The notes under the pieces were generated by a model. That model saw nothing but the letters and a program-made list of their open reading frames with translations, did no database searches and was not told the origin of the DNA. Source: Octopus sinensis (taxonomy: Eukaryota). From it: a stretch of 64,000 bases of DNA. Position numbers and translations under genes: made by a program. Where the stretch lies: positions 10,230,001 through 10,294,000 of the forward strand of contig NC_043023.1 of NCBI RefSeq assembly GCF_006345805.1. The letters run 5' to 3'. Below, piece by piece: positions 13,740 to 27,751 of the stretch (position 1 is the stretch's first letter; each line of letters starts with the position of its first letter).

Positions 13740-14940
13740 AGGCACATTTCGACAATGACTCCCACATCAGGATGAACAGGAAACTCAAAAAATTATTTGT
13801 TCAGCTGGAAAACTTGGAGAATGGTTATATGACTTTCTGAAAGACAGAAGTCAGGCAGTGGTAGCCAGTGGTACCACTTCAACGGAACCACAAATAGTGA
13901 GTGGTGTTCCACAGGGCACTGTCTTAAGGCCAGCCACCGATTTTCATAGTGGCCCTCTCAGATATGCTCTCAGCTGCCTGGATACCCTTGCTAGCTACGG
14001 AGACAACATGTTAGTCTCGCAGAAAATACAGAACCCCAGCAATATTGCATGCCTGCAGCAGGAGTTGGATGCAATTTACAGATGGGCTGAGGACAATAAT
14101 ATGCAGTTTAATGCTGGAAAATTTCAAGCCTTGTGCTACCAGTACCCAAAATTGAATGGAACACATACAGGGTATACTGGCCCAGGGGGAGGATTACAAT
14201 CTCGTGTGTGATCTGGGTATCAACATGAGTGACGATACCTCTTTCCAAGTGCACTTTAACAAGATGACAACGAAGTGCAGACGGCAGGCTGGATGGATTC
14301 TGAGAACCTTCAGAACAAGAGAGAAAGAAACCATGATGGTCCGCTGGAGGACATTCATCCTCAGCTGCCTGGACTGCTGCTCCTAACTATGGTCACCCAA
14401 CAGTGTAAAATTAACAGTGGACCTTGAAGCAATCCAGCGAAGCTACTAAAAGAAGATCATCTCATTGCAACAGCTCAACTACTGGGGAAGGCTGAAACAG
14501 ATAAGGCTCTATTCCCTAGAATGAAGATGGGGGAGATATGCAGTAATATACATCTGGAAGATCCTGGAAGGGATTGTACCAAATTTGAAAGCTACACAAA
14601 TGCCAGAACGGGTCACCACTACACAGTGCCAAAGATCCCAAAACTGACGTCACATTTCAGGACCAGTTATTACTGCAACAGCCTGGGTTTCAAGTGCCTA
14701 CAGCTTTTTGATATTCTCCCAAAGAGCGTGAGGGACCTACACAAAGTGGATGTAGGTGTTTTCAAAAGAAAACTGAACTTCTTCCAGTTGAGAATCCCAG
14801 ATGAACCTACCTTGCAGCAGGAGGCGCAAATGAGGGCAATGATATCAAACTCCCTTATTGACCAAATACCACATAACAGAGGAGGTTCTCAGTAATAGCA
14901 GTGTGCCCCAGCATGGCCGCAGCTTTCAGTAGTAAAGGAT
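13740..14940 (+). mobile_element. Degenerate CR1-clade LINE, RT and C-terminal region
   Basis: SGVPQGTVL, YGDNMLV (decayed YADD), WAEDNNMQFNAGKFQ, CDLGI, WILRTF; many stops and frameshifts. Confidence 0.85.
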
Positions 14941-14995
14941 AAAATATTATATAAATATATATATGACAAGATTTAAGACAAGAAAATTTCCTTAC

Positions 14996-15130
14996 CTTGA
15001 ATCAGAAGTTTTCAGTTGGATAAGTTTGAGTTTTAAGGTTTTTCACCTGAGTAAGTTTGTTTCGAGGTTTTCAGTTGGATTTCTCTCGCTGGAATGAACA
15101 AACTGGTTTTAGTTTCTTAGTTAAATAATA
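14996..15130 (-). other. Candidate 5'-UTR exon of the ankyrin gene
   Basis: Strong donor AAG|GTAAG at 14995 in non-repetitive sequence upstream of the ATG exon, which itself starts with an acceptor and so needs an upstream exon. 5' boundary is a guess. Confidence 0.3.
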
Positions 15131-15534
15131 ATCTGGAGGTAAGTCGTCTCAGCCAATAAGGCTATTCATTGTATTTTTCATGGAATTTTATTTATCTATA
15201 CATTCTATCTTCTTATATTACATTCACTCAATATCAAGCCACTCCTTAAGTGACTTGAATCTCTGTAACCTTAAATGTTGTTTACAATTTATCCTTTCAA
15301 AGTGTAATTCAATTCATTTAGTATGACGTAAGCTTTTCATAATTTTTTGAAATGTACGTATCATCATGTACGTATCTGTGCATGTACGTATCATCATCAT
15401 CATCGTTTAACATCCACTTTCCATGCTAGCATGGGTGGGACTTGTCTTTATTCTAAACTTAAGTCACCCTTTTGTGTGAATTTAGAAAAATATGTAAAAC
15501 CGAAATACATATACGCCCACATGCATACATTCAT

Positions 15535-15672
15535 ATAATATATATATGTATGTACATACATATAATGTATTTAACATACATACATACATATATATATATA
15601 TATAAATATATATATATATACATGTATATATATATATACATATATATATATACATATATATATATATACATG

Positions 15673-15710
<38 letters not shown>

Positions 15711-15742
15711 CATGTATATATATATATACATATATATACATG

Positions 15743-15813
<71 letters not shown>

Positions 15814-16393
15814 GTATGTATACATATAATTAGGGGATATGATAGCCTTTTCAAGGGATAGTTGTATTCAAGGAAATACTGATTCAATACCTAGAATTTT
15901 GGGGGAATGAAATTCCCTTAAAACATTGGATCTATATTAAGCATATATATTATATATAGATCTTATTAAGCACATGGTTTATATTCATTTAAAAGAAATA
16001 AAGAAATTAGAGATAAGGAATTTAATACTTTTTGTTATCAAAATGGCCATCTTTGCTGCTTACAGCTATTTCAAGAAATTATTACAAATTTATACATTAA
16101 ATTTACATTTATGTGACATGAGTATAATTTCATCAGAGTGAAAACGTTCTTTTGGATGTTATGAGGACAGAACTTCCTTACTTTTCTTCTTTTAAATGGA
16201 TATAAATTATATACATACATACATACCTATCTATATATATATGTATATATACATAAGTGTGTGTGTGTGCATGTGTGTGTGCGTGTGCGTGTGTGTGTAT
16301 GTATATATCTATGTATGTATATATGTGTATATATATATGTGTGTGTATATATATGCATGTATAGTCATACATAAGTATATATATATATATATC

Positions 16394-16472
<79 letters not shown>
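15535..16472. repeat. (TA)n/(TG)n/(TACA)n microsatellite blocks
   Basis: Direct inspection (15540-15830, 16200-16470). Confidence 0.9.
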
Positions 16473-16473
<1 letters not shown>

Positions 16474-16542
16474 GTAGTAAACACAGAAATGTGAAACAAG
16501 TTGGAAAAAAGAGTACTCAAATACCAGTGGTAGAGTAATATG

Positions 16543-16685
16543 CTTTATTTAAAGCAGCAGAAAATTCAACAAAACCTGTTACTCTGAGTTTCCCGTTTTC
16601 GTTCGTCGGACAGTTTTTGCTAGCAATGGAAACGTGAAACTCAGAGTAACAGGTTTTGTTGAATTTTCTGCTGCTTTAAATAAAG
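16543..16685. repeat. Perfect ~50-bp-arm palindrome (hairpin) in a small repeat element
   Basis: ctttatttaaagcagcagaaaattcaacaaaacctgttactctgagtttc (16543-16592) is reverse-complemented at 16636-16685. Confidence 0.9.
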
Positions 16686-16731
16686 TATATATATATATAT
16701 ATATGTGTGTATATATATGTATATATATATG

Positions 16732-16779
<48 letters not shown>

Positions 16780-17314
16780 AATAAATATATATTTATATAA
16801 ATAACAAAGTGAGGTTCTAAGATACCGCACGAGTGGAAATATATATGAAAGAAGGTTTGAAAACGCAATTTTTAAAGGTGTTTACTTTCAGCTGCAAATT
16901 CAAACATTCTGTAATCCATATTACAACACATTAGCCACCAAATGTGTACACAAATCATGTTGTATTTGTTTTGTTTTGCTTTTTTTCAGTTAAAAAAAAT
17001 AACGATAATAATCAAAGCTGCAAGAAATTATCACCTTTTAAACACCTTTAACACCGTTTAAAATTGCATTTTCAAACCTTCTTTTATACATACATATATA
17101 TATATATATATATGTATACTTCTATGTATATATATATATATATATAGACAGATTGATAAATTGGTGGATATGTGTGAGCTTATACGTATTTCAGTTTTAC
17201 GTGGAGTTGTGTATCTGGTCATGTGTGTATTTTGTTGTGTGTATAGACATAAACCTAAACATAAAAAACAAAAAAATAAATATAATTAATATAATATACA
17301 AAATATATATGAAA

Positions 17315-17661
17315 TATAAAATTTTAAATTTTGAATTTTTAAATTCATATTTATAGATTTTTATATTTTTATATTTTAAATTTTAAATTTATAAATTTTT
17401 AAAACTTTTAATTTTTTCTTCTTAAACTATCAAAAAGTATTAAGATGTTTAATATAATATAATAAGTAATAAGTAAATATTAATATATTTTTACTTATTA
17501 TATTACTTATTATATTATATTAAACTTTTTAATACTATTTGATAGTTTAAAAAAAAATTTAAAGTTTTAAAAATTTATAAATTTAAAATTTAAAATATAA
17601 AAATACAAAAATTTATAAGTATAAATTTAAAAATTAAAAATTTAATAATTTAAATTTTATA
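17315..17661. repeat. AT-rich imperfect palindrome (~350 bp)
   Basis: Arms pair around a centre near 17488 (e.g. aactatcaaaaagtattaa / ttaatactattttgatagtt); almost entirely A/T. Confidence 0.8.
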
Positions 17662-17689
17662 TTTTATATAGAGCTGACCATGTACAGGC

Positions 17690-17900
17690 CAAAGGAAAGC
17701 ATGGACATGCAGCCTACAAGAAACTCTCAGAATCTTTCCAGCTTGAACTTCCATAAGGCAAACTGGAAACAAATTGAGAAAGAGATCCTCAAACAAAACT
17801 GACCTGAATGTCTCTCCTCGCCAGACATCGACATGAAACTTCAACAATTCATGTCTGTAATGCAAGCCATATGCTACAAATGTGTCCCAGAAAGAAAGGC
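17690..17900 (+). mobile_element. CR1-clade LINE fragment (endonuclease-RT linker)
   Basis: LNFHKANWKQIEKEILKQN*PECL...QAICYKCVPERK matches the CR1 linker pattern. Confidence 0.6.
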
Positions 17901-17904
17901 CACT

Positions 17905-19615
17905 GTACACAAGCACGGGTTGGATGGTTTGACCGGGGTCTGGGAAGCCAGGGGCTGCACCAGGCTCCAGGCTGATCTGGCAGTGTTTCTACAGCTGGAT
18001 GCCCTTCCTAACGCCAACCACTCCGCGAGTGTAGTGGGTGCTTTTTACGTGCCGCCTGCACAGATGCCAGGGGAGTCTCGCATCGACCACAATCAGTTGG
18101 TGCCTTTAACATGCCACTGGCACGGGAGCCAGCCAAGGCAGTGCTGGCATCGGGCACGTTCGGATGGTGCTTTTTATGTGCCACTTGCACAGAAGCCAGT
18201 CAAGGCGGTGCTGGCATCGGCCACGTTCGGATGGTGCTTTTTATGTGCCACCGGCACAGAAGCCAGTCGAGGCGGCGTGCTTGACTACCTCATCCCATGT
18301 CTTCCTGGGTCTACCTCTCCCCCTGATACCTTCAACTGTTTGGGAGTGGCACATCTTCACACATTTCTCCTCGTCCATCCGCAGTACATGACCATACCAT
18401 CGCAAACGTCGCTCTTGCACACCACATCTGATGCTTCTTATGTTCAGCATTTCTCTCAGGGTGCTTACCCTCTGTCGTGCGCGCACACTGACATTACACA
18501 TCCAGCGGATCATGCTAGCTTCATTCCTTTCAAGTCTACGCATGTCCTCTGCAGTCACAGCCCATGTTTCACTACCGTGAAGCATGGCAGTTCGCACACG
18601 TGCATCATACAATCTACCTTTCACTCTGAGCGAGAGACCCTTTGTCGCCAGTAGGGGTAGGAGCTTTCTAAACTTTGCCCAGGCTATTCGTATTCTAGTG
18701 GTGACAGTCTCTGAGCATCCACCTCCACTACTAACTTGGTCACCCAGGTAGCAGAAACTATCAACTACTTCTAGTTTCTCCCCCTAGAGTGTGATGGAAT
18801 CTGTTTTCTGAGTATCTGTGGTGTCTATGGTCCCTGTGCATCTGCCGCACATGAAAGCTATCTTATCAGTTAATTTCCCTATGATGTTGCTGCACCTCTT
18901 ATGCGTCCATAGCTTACGCTGGGTACATCTTATGGAGTTTCTACCTACACCTTTCCTACAGATTGAGCAGGGCCATCTGCCCGAGGGTGTGTGCTGAGTT
19001 CGCCTTTCTGCTTACTATAATTTGGTCTTTGCTACATTTACTCTAAGGCCCTTTGATCCTAACCCTTGCTTCCACACCCAAAATTTCTTTTCTGGTTCCG
19101 GTAGTGATTCTGCTATGAGAGCCAGGTCATCAGCATAGAGCTCCCAGGGGCAACCTGTTTTGGATTCCTCTGTTATTGCCTGGAGGACTATGATGAATAA
19201 AAGGGGACTGAGGGCTGAGCCTTGGTGTACACCTACTTCTACCCGGAATTCTTCACTATATTCGTTGCCAATCCTAACCTTGCTGACAGCCTCTCTGTAT
19301 AGGGCCTGTACAGCCCTTATTAGCCATTCGTCAATCTCCAGTTTCCGCATCGACCACCAGATAAGGGATCAGGGACCATGTCAAAGGCTTTCTCCAAGTC
19401 CACAGAAGCTATGTAGAGGGGTTTATCTTTAGCTAGGTACTTCTCCTGCAGTTGTCGGACCAGGAATATAGCATCCGTGGTGCTTCTACCTGGCACAAAA
19501 CCGAACTGAATCTCATCTAAGCAAATCCTCTCCCTAATGAGATGGGCTATGACCCTCTCTGAGACCTTCATCACCTGATCCAACAGTTTAATAACCCTGT
19601 AGTTATTTGTATCTA
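17905..19615 (-). mobile_element. RTE-clade LINE, 5'-truncated, degenerate, with 3' UTR
   Basis: QFGFVPGRSTTDAIFLVRQLQEK, GVHQGSALSPLLF, YADDLAL, AMLHGSETW, RRLRWYGHV; same family as 24119-26930. Confidence 0.9.
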
Positions 19616-20484
19616 GTAGTTTATCTATTGACCCTGAAAGAATTTGACTTCAGCTGGATTTGATCTCAGAACATAGAGAACCGCAACAATTACTGCAAAG
19701 CTCTCAATTGGCTATCGTGAAGACCCGATAGAAAAAGCAGCTAAACCTTACTCAGCTAACGCCTTACTGTTATAAGAAAGAAAGGTTATTGTAGATAATG
19801 TAATTTCAACATTACTCATAGCCAAAAGACAGGATGGTCATGGATAAAACGTCTTTAAGCAAATGATTTCTGGATTAGAGATGATCTGGGAGCTAGACAA
19901 CATCATCGAAAATTAGAACTCACTAGAATTAAATGTTCACTAGAGATAGCACAAGAGGTAGGCGTGGCTGCATTTCCCGCGACACATATCGAACCCGTGC
20001 TCTATGGTGTCAGCTTGATGCAGTCATATGTATATCAGGGACAATATATGTGTGGCTGCAATTCAGCCATTTGATCAGATAACTGGAAGAGAGGGCAACA
20101 ACAATAACAATGCCAACAATATCAAATACACACACACACACACACACACAAAACACCACCACCACCAGCAACAAGATAATCATCGTTAATTTTAGAGAGG
20201 ATCACTTTTCTTAAATTAACAAGAATAATAGACACCTGGCGTAATTTAATATCGTCAACAAATAGTGCCACACCTGAGATGTTAGTCACGTTGTGATTGA
20301 GAAATCGGTCAACATAAATATTACTTTACACACTCTGCTATCATATTTTCTTATGCAACAATCAATTTCTATCCTGTTTCTTTATTTTGAATTCATAACA
20401 AATATTTTAAGAATTTTTATCCTGATTTCAAATGTCGGACAAAACACTGAATCGGAAAACTGATACGTCTAAAACTGGTGGTGC

Positions 20485-20885
20485 ATATGTATGTGTGTAT
20501 ATATGTGTATGTATGTGTGTTTGCATGCATGTATGAATCTGCATGTATGTGCATATGTATTTATGCATGCATGTATATATGTATGTGTGTGTGTATGTTT
20601 GTATGTATGTGTGTAGGTATGTGTTTGTAAGCATGCAAATATATATGTATGTATGTATGCATGTATGTGCGTATGTATGTATGTATGTATGCATGTATGT
20701 ATGTATGTATGCATGTATGTGCGTATGTATGTATGTATGTATGTATGTATGCATGTATGTGTGTATGCATTTTTGTATGTATGTATGCATGTATATATGT
20801 ATGTATGTCTGTATGTATGTCTGTATGTATGTGTTTGTAAGTATGCAAATATGTATGTATGTATCTATGTATGTCTGTCTGTATG
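20485..20885. repeat. (TATG)n microsatellite
   Basis: Direct inspection. Confidence 0.95.
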
Positions 20886-21261
20886 TCAGGTCACTTACAA
20901 GGCTCTCATAAGTGCTGCTGGTAACATGGAATCCAGTACAACCAGTTGCATAGTCAGCAACTAAACTGGTACCCCCCACCACCTGGATATCCAGATGAGG
21001 AGTGTTGCTAGAAACCCAACAAAATTCAAAACAAGACCTGTTGAAAGGTCGGATGAACGGCCGTCTAGCAATAGCAGCTGAAAAGGTTGGAATTAATTCC
21101 AGTTGGTTTTAAGTTAATCATTCAACTCAAATATTACTTTACACACTCTGCTATCATATTTTGTTATACATGTATGCGTGTATGTATATATATGTAATTA
21201 TGTATGCATGTCTGTTTTTATACCTGTATGTATGTATGTACATATGTATTTATGGAAGTGT

Positions 21262-21545
21262 ATTTGTAAGTGGATTTGGTAGACGGAAACTGAAAGAAGC
21301 CTGTCGTATTAATATATATATATGTGTGTATGTGTTTATGTGTCTGTGTTTGTCCCCCTAGCATTGCTTGACAACCGATGCTGGTGTGTTTACGTCCCCG
21401 TCACTTAGCAGTTCAGCAAAAGAGACTGATAAAATAAGTACTGGGCTTACAAAGAATAAGTCCCGGGGTTGATTTGCTCGACTAAAGGCGGTGCTCCAGC
21501 ATGGCCGCAATCAAATGACTGAAACAAGTAAAAGAGTAAAAGAGT
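21262..21545 (+). mobile_element. SINE 3' portion (second copy ~33310-33460)
   Basis: Shared aataagtactgggcttacaaagaataagtcc...ccagcatggccgca(g/a)tcaaatgactgaaacaagtaaaaga; tail of simple repeats. Confidence 0.7.
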
Positions 21546-21999
21546 AAAGAGTATATACATAAAAAGACAGAGAGAGAGAGAGAGAGAGAGAGAGGAAGCG
21601 GGAGAGACCGTTGATGCACTGGTTTTGGGTTTGGGGTACTGACTTTCCTTGTTCTATAACCAAATCTGAACATTTCTTTTGGCCAAATTCCATGCCTACC
21701 TCAGCTGAAAAGGTTATTAATTCCAGTTGGTTTTAAGCATTGTCCACACTTTTAGCATAAATCTTCAGGTCGTCTACAAAGAAATTGAGTTACATTGATA
21801 TGGTAGGTGAGTACATATGTTTGTATGTATAAGATACAATGTGCATCTAAACACAATAAGAGGTGTCCATCATTGGACTGCCTCACGCTAGAAGGAACAG
21901 CTAAAGTCCAAACCACTAATTAGGGATAAATTGTCGAAGGGAATGAAAAATAAAAACATTTACCATCTATTTCCTGTAACCGTATTATTAATTATGTTT

Positions 22000-22347
<348 letters not shown>

Positions 22348-22379
22348 AGATAATGATAATGTGTATGTGAGAGTGTGTA

Positions 22380-23110
22380 CAGGGTGTTCCGAAATTAAGG
22401 CCCCCAATTTTGAACTTTAATGACAATCAATAGATGCGAAAAGATATGAAAATTATACATCATTGTAAAAGCTTAGTGTGTCTTGTGTTTGCTTCAGATT
22501 AAATAAATTCATATTTATAGATTAGATAATGGCTACAGACCGAAATTCAATCCTAATACTCTCCAAGGAGGCGAAAGTAATACAACTATAGCAAAAAAAT
22601 GCTTAAAAGTAACCGAACAACAGTCAAGAAAAGTGTGAAGAAATTTCAAGAGACTGGTTCCACGGCTGATCACCCTGGACGTGGCCAAAAAAGCAATGTG
22701 CAGACCACTCAGCTTATCATAAGTACCAGAGAGAAGATATGGTGAAATCCTCATCATTCCCTCAGAAAAATGAGCTGAACATCAATGTATCCCAGTACTG
22801 AAGGAGGGTCTCAGGACCCAACGCTAAAAGATGATCCATTGTCATGAGCTCACACAAGTTTACAAAACCACGAGAGTGGAGAGGAAACGTCTTATCATGC
22901 GTGAGGTTGTTGAAAGCACGCTGCCCTAACTGGGGTTCACTGATGAAAAGAAATTTGACACCAAATAGACAGCAAACCAGCAGAATGGCCAGATTCGGAG
23001 TGTATTTGGCTCTGTCAAGAGTGGATTGATAAATCGATGTCAACAAGTTCAAATCCACAGTTAAACACAGCAGCCATTGGAACAGATTTGTGTCCTGGAG
23101 AACTGCCTTG
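22380..23110 (+). mobile_element. Degenerate Tc1/mariner transposon (maT/DD37D-like), 5' part
   Basis: TA|CAGGGTGT terminus; remnants VKKFQETGSTADHPGRGQK (HTH region) and FTDEKKF...NQQN (first catalytic D); stops and frameshifts. Confidence 0.65.
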
Positions 23111-23129
23111 GTGAACCAAGACCATTTCA

Positions 23130-23830
23130 GTAAATTTTCCTCTGTGTTTGTCTTGAAGGCCTTTTGTAACAGCCTCGCAAGGAATGAAGCCAGTATGCTC
23201 CGCTGGATGTGTAATGTCTGTGCATACTCGACAGAGTGTAAGCATCTTTGAGAGAAAAGTTGGATCTAAGAAGCATCAGATATGGTGTGCAAGGGAGACG
23301 AATGCACTGGTATGGACATGTGGTGAAAATGGATAAGGATAGCTGTGTGAAAAAGTGCCACATCCTAGTGGTTGGGGGAACCTGTGGAAGAGGTAGACCC
23401 AGGAAGACCTGGGATGAGGTGGTGAAGCACAACCTTCAAACTTTAGGCCTCACCGAGGCAATGACTAGGGACCGAGACCTTTGGAAATATGCAGTGCATG
23501 AGAAGACCCAGCAAACCGAGTGGCCTATGCCAGGGGTGTAACCAGCGCAGTTATGCATACCTTTCCTTCATTGGACACTAAACTCTGCTTGCGAAGCCCT
23601 GTTGAGGCAAGTGAAATTGAAATTGAATCAAATTCGCAAATTCAATGACTGACACCCATCCAGTGAGCACTAAGAGCACCATCTGAGCATGATCATTGCC
23701 AGAGCAGCTGATTGGCTTCTGTGCAGGTGGCACATAAAATTCACCCTTTCGAGTGTGACCATTGCCAGTACTGCCTGACTGGCACTCGTGCCAGTCGTAC
23801 GTAAAAGCACCCACTACACTCTCAGAGTTG
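23130..23830 (+). mobile_element. RTE LINE 3' fragment
   Basis: EKLDLRSIRYGVQGRRMHWYGHV...GRGRPRKTWDEVV, followed by the family 3' UTR. Confidence 0.85.
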
Positions 23831-24118
23831 TTGCGTTGTTATATCTCTCTATGCTTTCTCGCCCCACCCTCTGTCTCTCTCTCTCCCTCTCCTCCTCTCT
23901 CTCTTAGTCTCTCCCTCTCATTTTCATAGTTAAGTCACGTTGTCGCTTTACATAGAAAGTTAAATATTTAGAGGAGAAACAGATTAGATTTCTATTGAAT
24001 AATGAATATGGCTCGAATTCATAAGATTTTTTCAACCACGCCCTATCTGGAGCCTTTTAGATCATAAAACATATATATATTCTCATACACCCCAAATCAC
24101 ATATATATATGTGTATAT

Positions 24119-26929
24119 ATCATCATCATCGTTTAACGTCCGCTTTCCATTCTAGCATGGGTTGGACGGTTCAACTGTGGTCTGGGAAGCCCAAAGGCTG
24201 CACCAGGCCAGTCAGATCTGGCAGTGTTTCTACAGCTGGATGCCCTTCCAAACGCCAACCACTCCGTGAGTGTAGTGGGTGCTTTTTATGTGCCACCGAC
24301 ACAGGTGCCAGACAAGGCTGGCGAACAGCCACGCTCGGATGGTGTTTTTTACGTGCCACCGGCACGAAGGCCAGGTGTGGCTGGCACGGCCACGATCAGA
24401 TGGTGTTTGTTACGTGCCCACTACACGGAGGCCAGTCAATGCGGTACTGGCTATGGCCACATTCGGATGGTTTTCTTACGTGCCACCGGCACTGGTACCA
24501 CAAAAATACAAATTCCATTGATGTTCATTGATTTTGATTTGATTTGATTTTCACTTCCCTCAACAGGTCTTCACAAGTAGAGTTATGTGTCCCAAGAAGG
24601 AAGGTATGCACAGGTGGACTGACTACGTCCCAGGTAGGGGCCATGGGTTATGGCCTCACATGTCCTGCCGGGTCTTCTCGCGCACAGCATACTTCCAAAG
24701 GTCTCAGTCTCTGGTCATTTCCTCGGTGAGACCTAAAGCGCGAAGGTCGTTCTTCATGACCTCGTCCCAGGTTTTCCAGGGTCTACCTCTTCCACAGGTT
24801 CCCTCAACCGCTAGGGTGTGGTACTTTTTCACACAACTATCTTCATCCATTCTTACTACGTGTCCATACCAGCGTAGACGCCTCGTTTGCACACCACATC
24901 TGATGCTTCTTAGGTCCAACTTTTCTCTCAAGGCACTTACACTCTGTCGGGTATGAACACTGACATTACACATCCAACGGAGCATACTGGCTTCATTTCT
25001 TGTGAGCTTACGCATATCCTCAGCAGTCACGGCCCATGTTTCACTGCCATGTAGCATGGCTGTTCGCACACATGCATCAAACAGTCTGCCTTTTACTCTG
25101 AGCGAGAGGCCTTTTGTCACCAGCAGAGGTAAGAGCTCTCTGAACTTTGCCCAGGCTATTCTTACACTAGCAGTTACACTTTCGGCACACCCACCCCCGC
25201 TACTGACTTGGTCACCTAGGTAACGGAAACTATCAACTATTTCAAGTTTTTCTCCCTGGAATGTGGCGGAAGATGGTCTCTGTGCATTTTCAGTCTTTAT
25301 TGAACCAGAGCATCTGCCACATACAGAAACTATCTTCCTAGTTAGCCTTCCTTTGACAGTGTTGCACCTCTTATGTGTCCATAGCTTACACTTGGTGCAT
25401 CTTATAGAGTTCCTACCTACGCCTTTTCTACAGATCGAGCAGGGCCATCTACCTGAAGGTGTTTGAGATTTGTCTACCTTCCTACTTATTAGGACTTTGG
25501 TTTTAGCTAGATTGACTCTAAGGCCCTTCGATTCTAATCCTTGCTTCCATGCCTGAAACTTCACCTCGAGTTCTGATAGTGATTCAGCAATTAGAGCAAG
25601 GTCGTCAGCATAGAGGAGCTCCCAGGGGCATCCTGTCTTGAATTCCTCCGTTATTGCCTGGAGGACTATGATAAATAGGAGGGGACTGAGGACTGAACCT
25701 TGGTGGACCCCAACCTCCACCTGGAATTCTTCACTGTTCTCGTTGCCAACCCTCACCTTACTAGCAGCGTCCCTGTACATGGCACGCACAGCACTCCCTA
25801 ACCATTCATCTATCCCTAGTTTCCTCATTGACCACCAGATAAGGGATCGGGGGACCCTGTCAAAGGCTTTCTCCATGTCAACGAAAGCCAGGTACAGAGT
25901 TTTATCTTTGGCTAGGTATTTCTCCTGCAGCTGTCTCACCAGAAATATGGCATCGGTGGTGCTTTTCCTGGCACAAAACCAAACTGCATCTCGTCTAGGT
26001 TGACTCTCTCTCTAATCAGTTGGGCTATGACCCTTTCCGTAACCTTCATTACCTGATCCAACAGCTTGATACCTCTATAATTACTTGTATCTAGAGCGTC
26101 ACCCTTACCTTTGTAGCAGTTGACTAGTGTGGTGCTACACCAGTCATTGGGTATGACTCCTTCGTGTATCACCTGGTTAACTATACGGGTGACTAAACTA
26201 TAGCCGACACTGCCAGATATTTTGAGCATCTCAGCAGTAATTCCTGATGGGCCTGGGGCTTTCCCTGTCTTCATGCTTCCAATTGCCTTAACTACCATGG
26301 AACTGTCAACTCGGATAGCTGGTCCCTCTATTGGGTCAACATTCGGCAGACTCTCTTTATCCCATTCATTCTCTTTCTTGAGCAACCTTTCATAGTGGCA
26401 TCTCCAAACATCTCTCTTTGCATCCTCATTTAGCGCAAGTGAACCATCATCCATGCGGACACATTTCTCTCCTACCACATCACGATTCTCTCTCACACAT
26501 TGTCTTGCAACATGAAACACCTCAAGTCTTTGGTCCTCACGGCGCAGAACATTGGCAAATTTTTTCTTATCTGCTTCCCCTCTAGCTAAATATACCTGTC
26601 TCCTAGCTTCTCTTTTCGCAGTCTGATACAATTCCCTACTACCGCCTTTCCTCCAGTCCTTCCAAGCCTGTCTCTTGTCTCTAATAGCCCTGTCTACAAC
26701 ATTGTTCCACCACCATGTTACCCTGGGACGAGATGGGACTTTGCTCCATCCACAGATCTGGTCAGTGGCTCTCAGCAGATTGTTCCGTAGAAACCTCCAG
26801 TTGGCTTCCACATTTTGTGATGCTATATCCCCTTCTATTTCGTCGAAAGCTTCGAGTAGAACTTCTCTAAATCTCCGTCCATTTACAGGATCTTTAAGTT
26901 TCCAGACTCTTCTCCTCCGAGCTGGTCTT

Positions 26930-26930
<1 letters not shown>
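24119..26930 (-). mobile_element. RTE-clade LINE, 5'-truncated; ORF split by one frameshift near 25960; long 3' UTR ending in (GAT)n
   Basis: ORFs 25936-26994 and 24704-25939 join across a shortened A-run (PGKSTTDAIF expected); YADD, QGSVLSPLLF, internal CSIC...CTKC; UTR runs to aaacgatgatgatg at ~24119. Confidence 0.93.
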
Positions 26931-26976
<46 letters not shown>

Positions 26977-27151
26977 TATATATATTATATACATATATAT
27001 TGTATATATATGTGTGTGTGTATTTATTTAGACATATTCTCCAGTTGTGCTTTAGTGAAAAAGGGTTCAATATCCCCAGATACATTGTTGAGGTTAATAT
27101 CAGCTTTAGAATTCATCTAAAAGAAAGAAAAATAGCAAAAATAAAACATTC

Positions 27152-27197
<46 letters not shown>

Positions 27198-27545
27198 TTA
27201 TTCATATTAAGGGCACTACCATACATAAATACCTCACACTAAAAGGGACTCTTAAAGTCAAAACTACCACAATAAATACATTGTACTGAACATGATGGAC
27301 CGCAACTCTTGAAGCATTTTGTGCACTAATTATAGAATCATATGATCTGCAGCTGAATTTGTTCCTTGCTTTACGGGTGTCGCGTAAGATCTGGTTGGAG
27401 GTTCAACTTTCCGAGTTCTTTTACAGGGCTTAGGAAAACTGAAGGACCGCTGCAATGAGTGAGAAATATGCTGAATAGAATCGTAATTAACTGATCCACC
27501 TCTATTTTCTTTTACCCAGAGCCAGGAACTTTTCAGGAGTATCTT

Positions 27546-27586
<41 letters not shown>

Positions 27587-27751
27587 TGTGTGTGTATGTG
27601 TGTGTGGTGTGTGTGTGTGTGTGTGTGTTGCAAAATACATCACAATGACGAAGAGAGTCCAGCTCTCCATCTTTTATGGAAAGAAACAACCTCAGAAATA
27701 AAGATTTCTCCAAACCTGGCAATGTCATTCAAATAAAGAAAGACAATTTGA

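Noticed and set aside
19950-20100. GGCGTGGC and TTTCCCGCG motifs suggesting a promoter
   Set aside because: Two short motifs with no linked exon structure; insufficient support.
27290-27740. Unique-looking sequence with a minus-strand ORF (27330-27728)
   Set aside because: Interrupted by (GT)n, no recognisable domain, no convincing splice pair.
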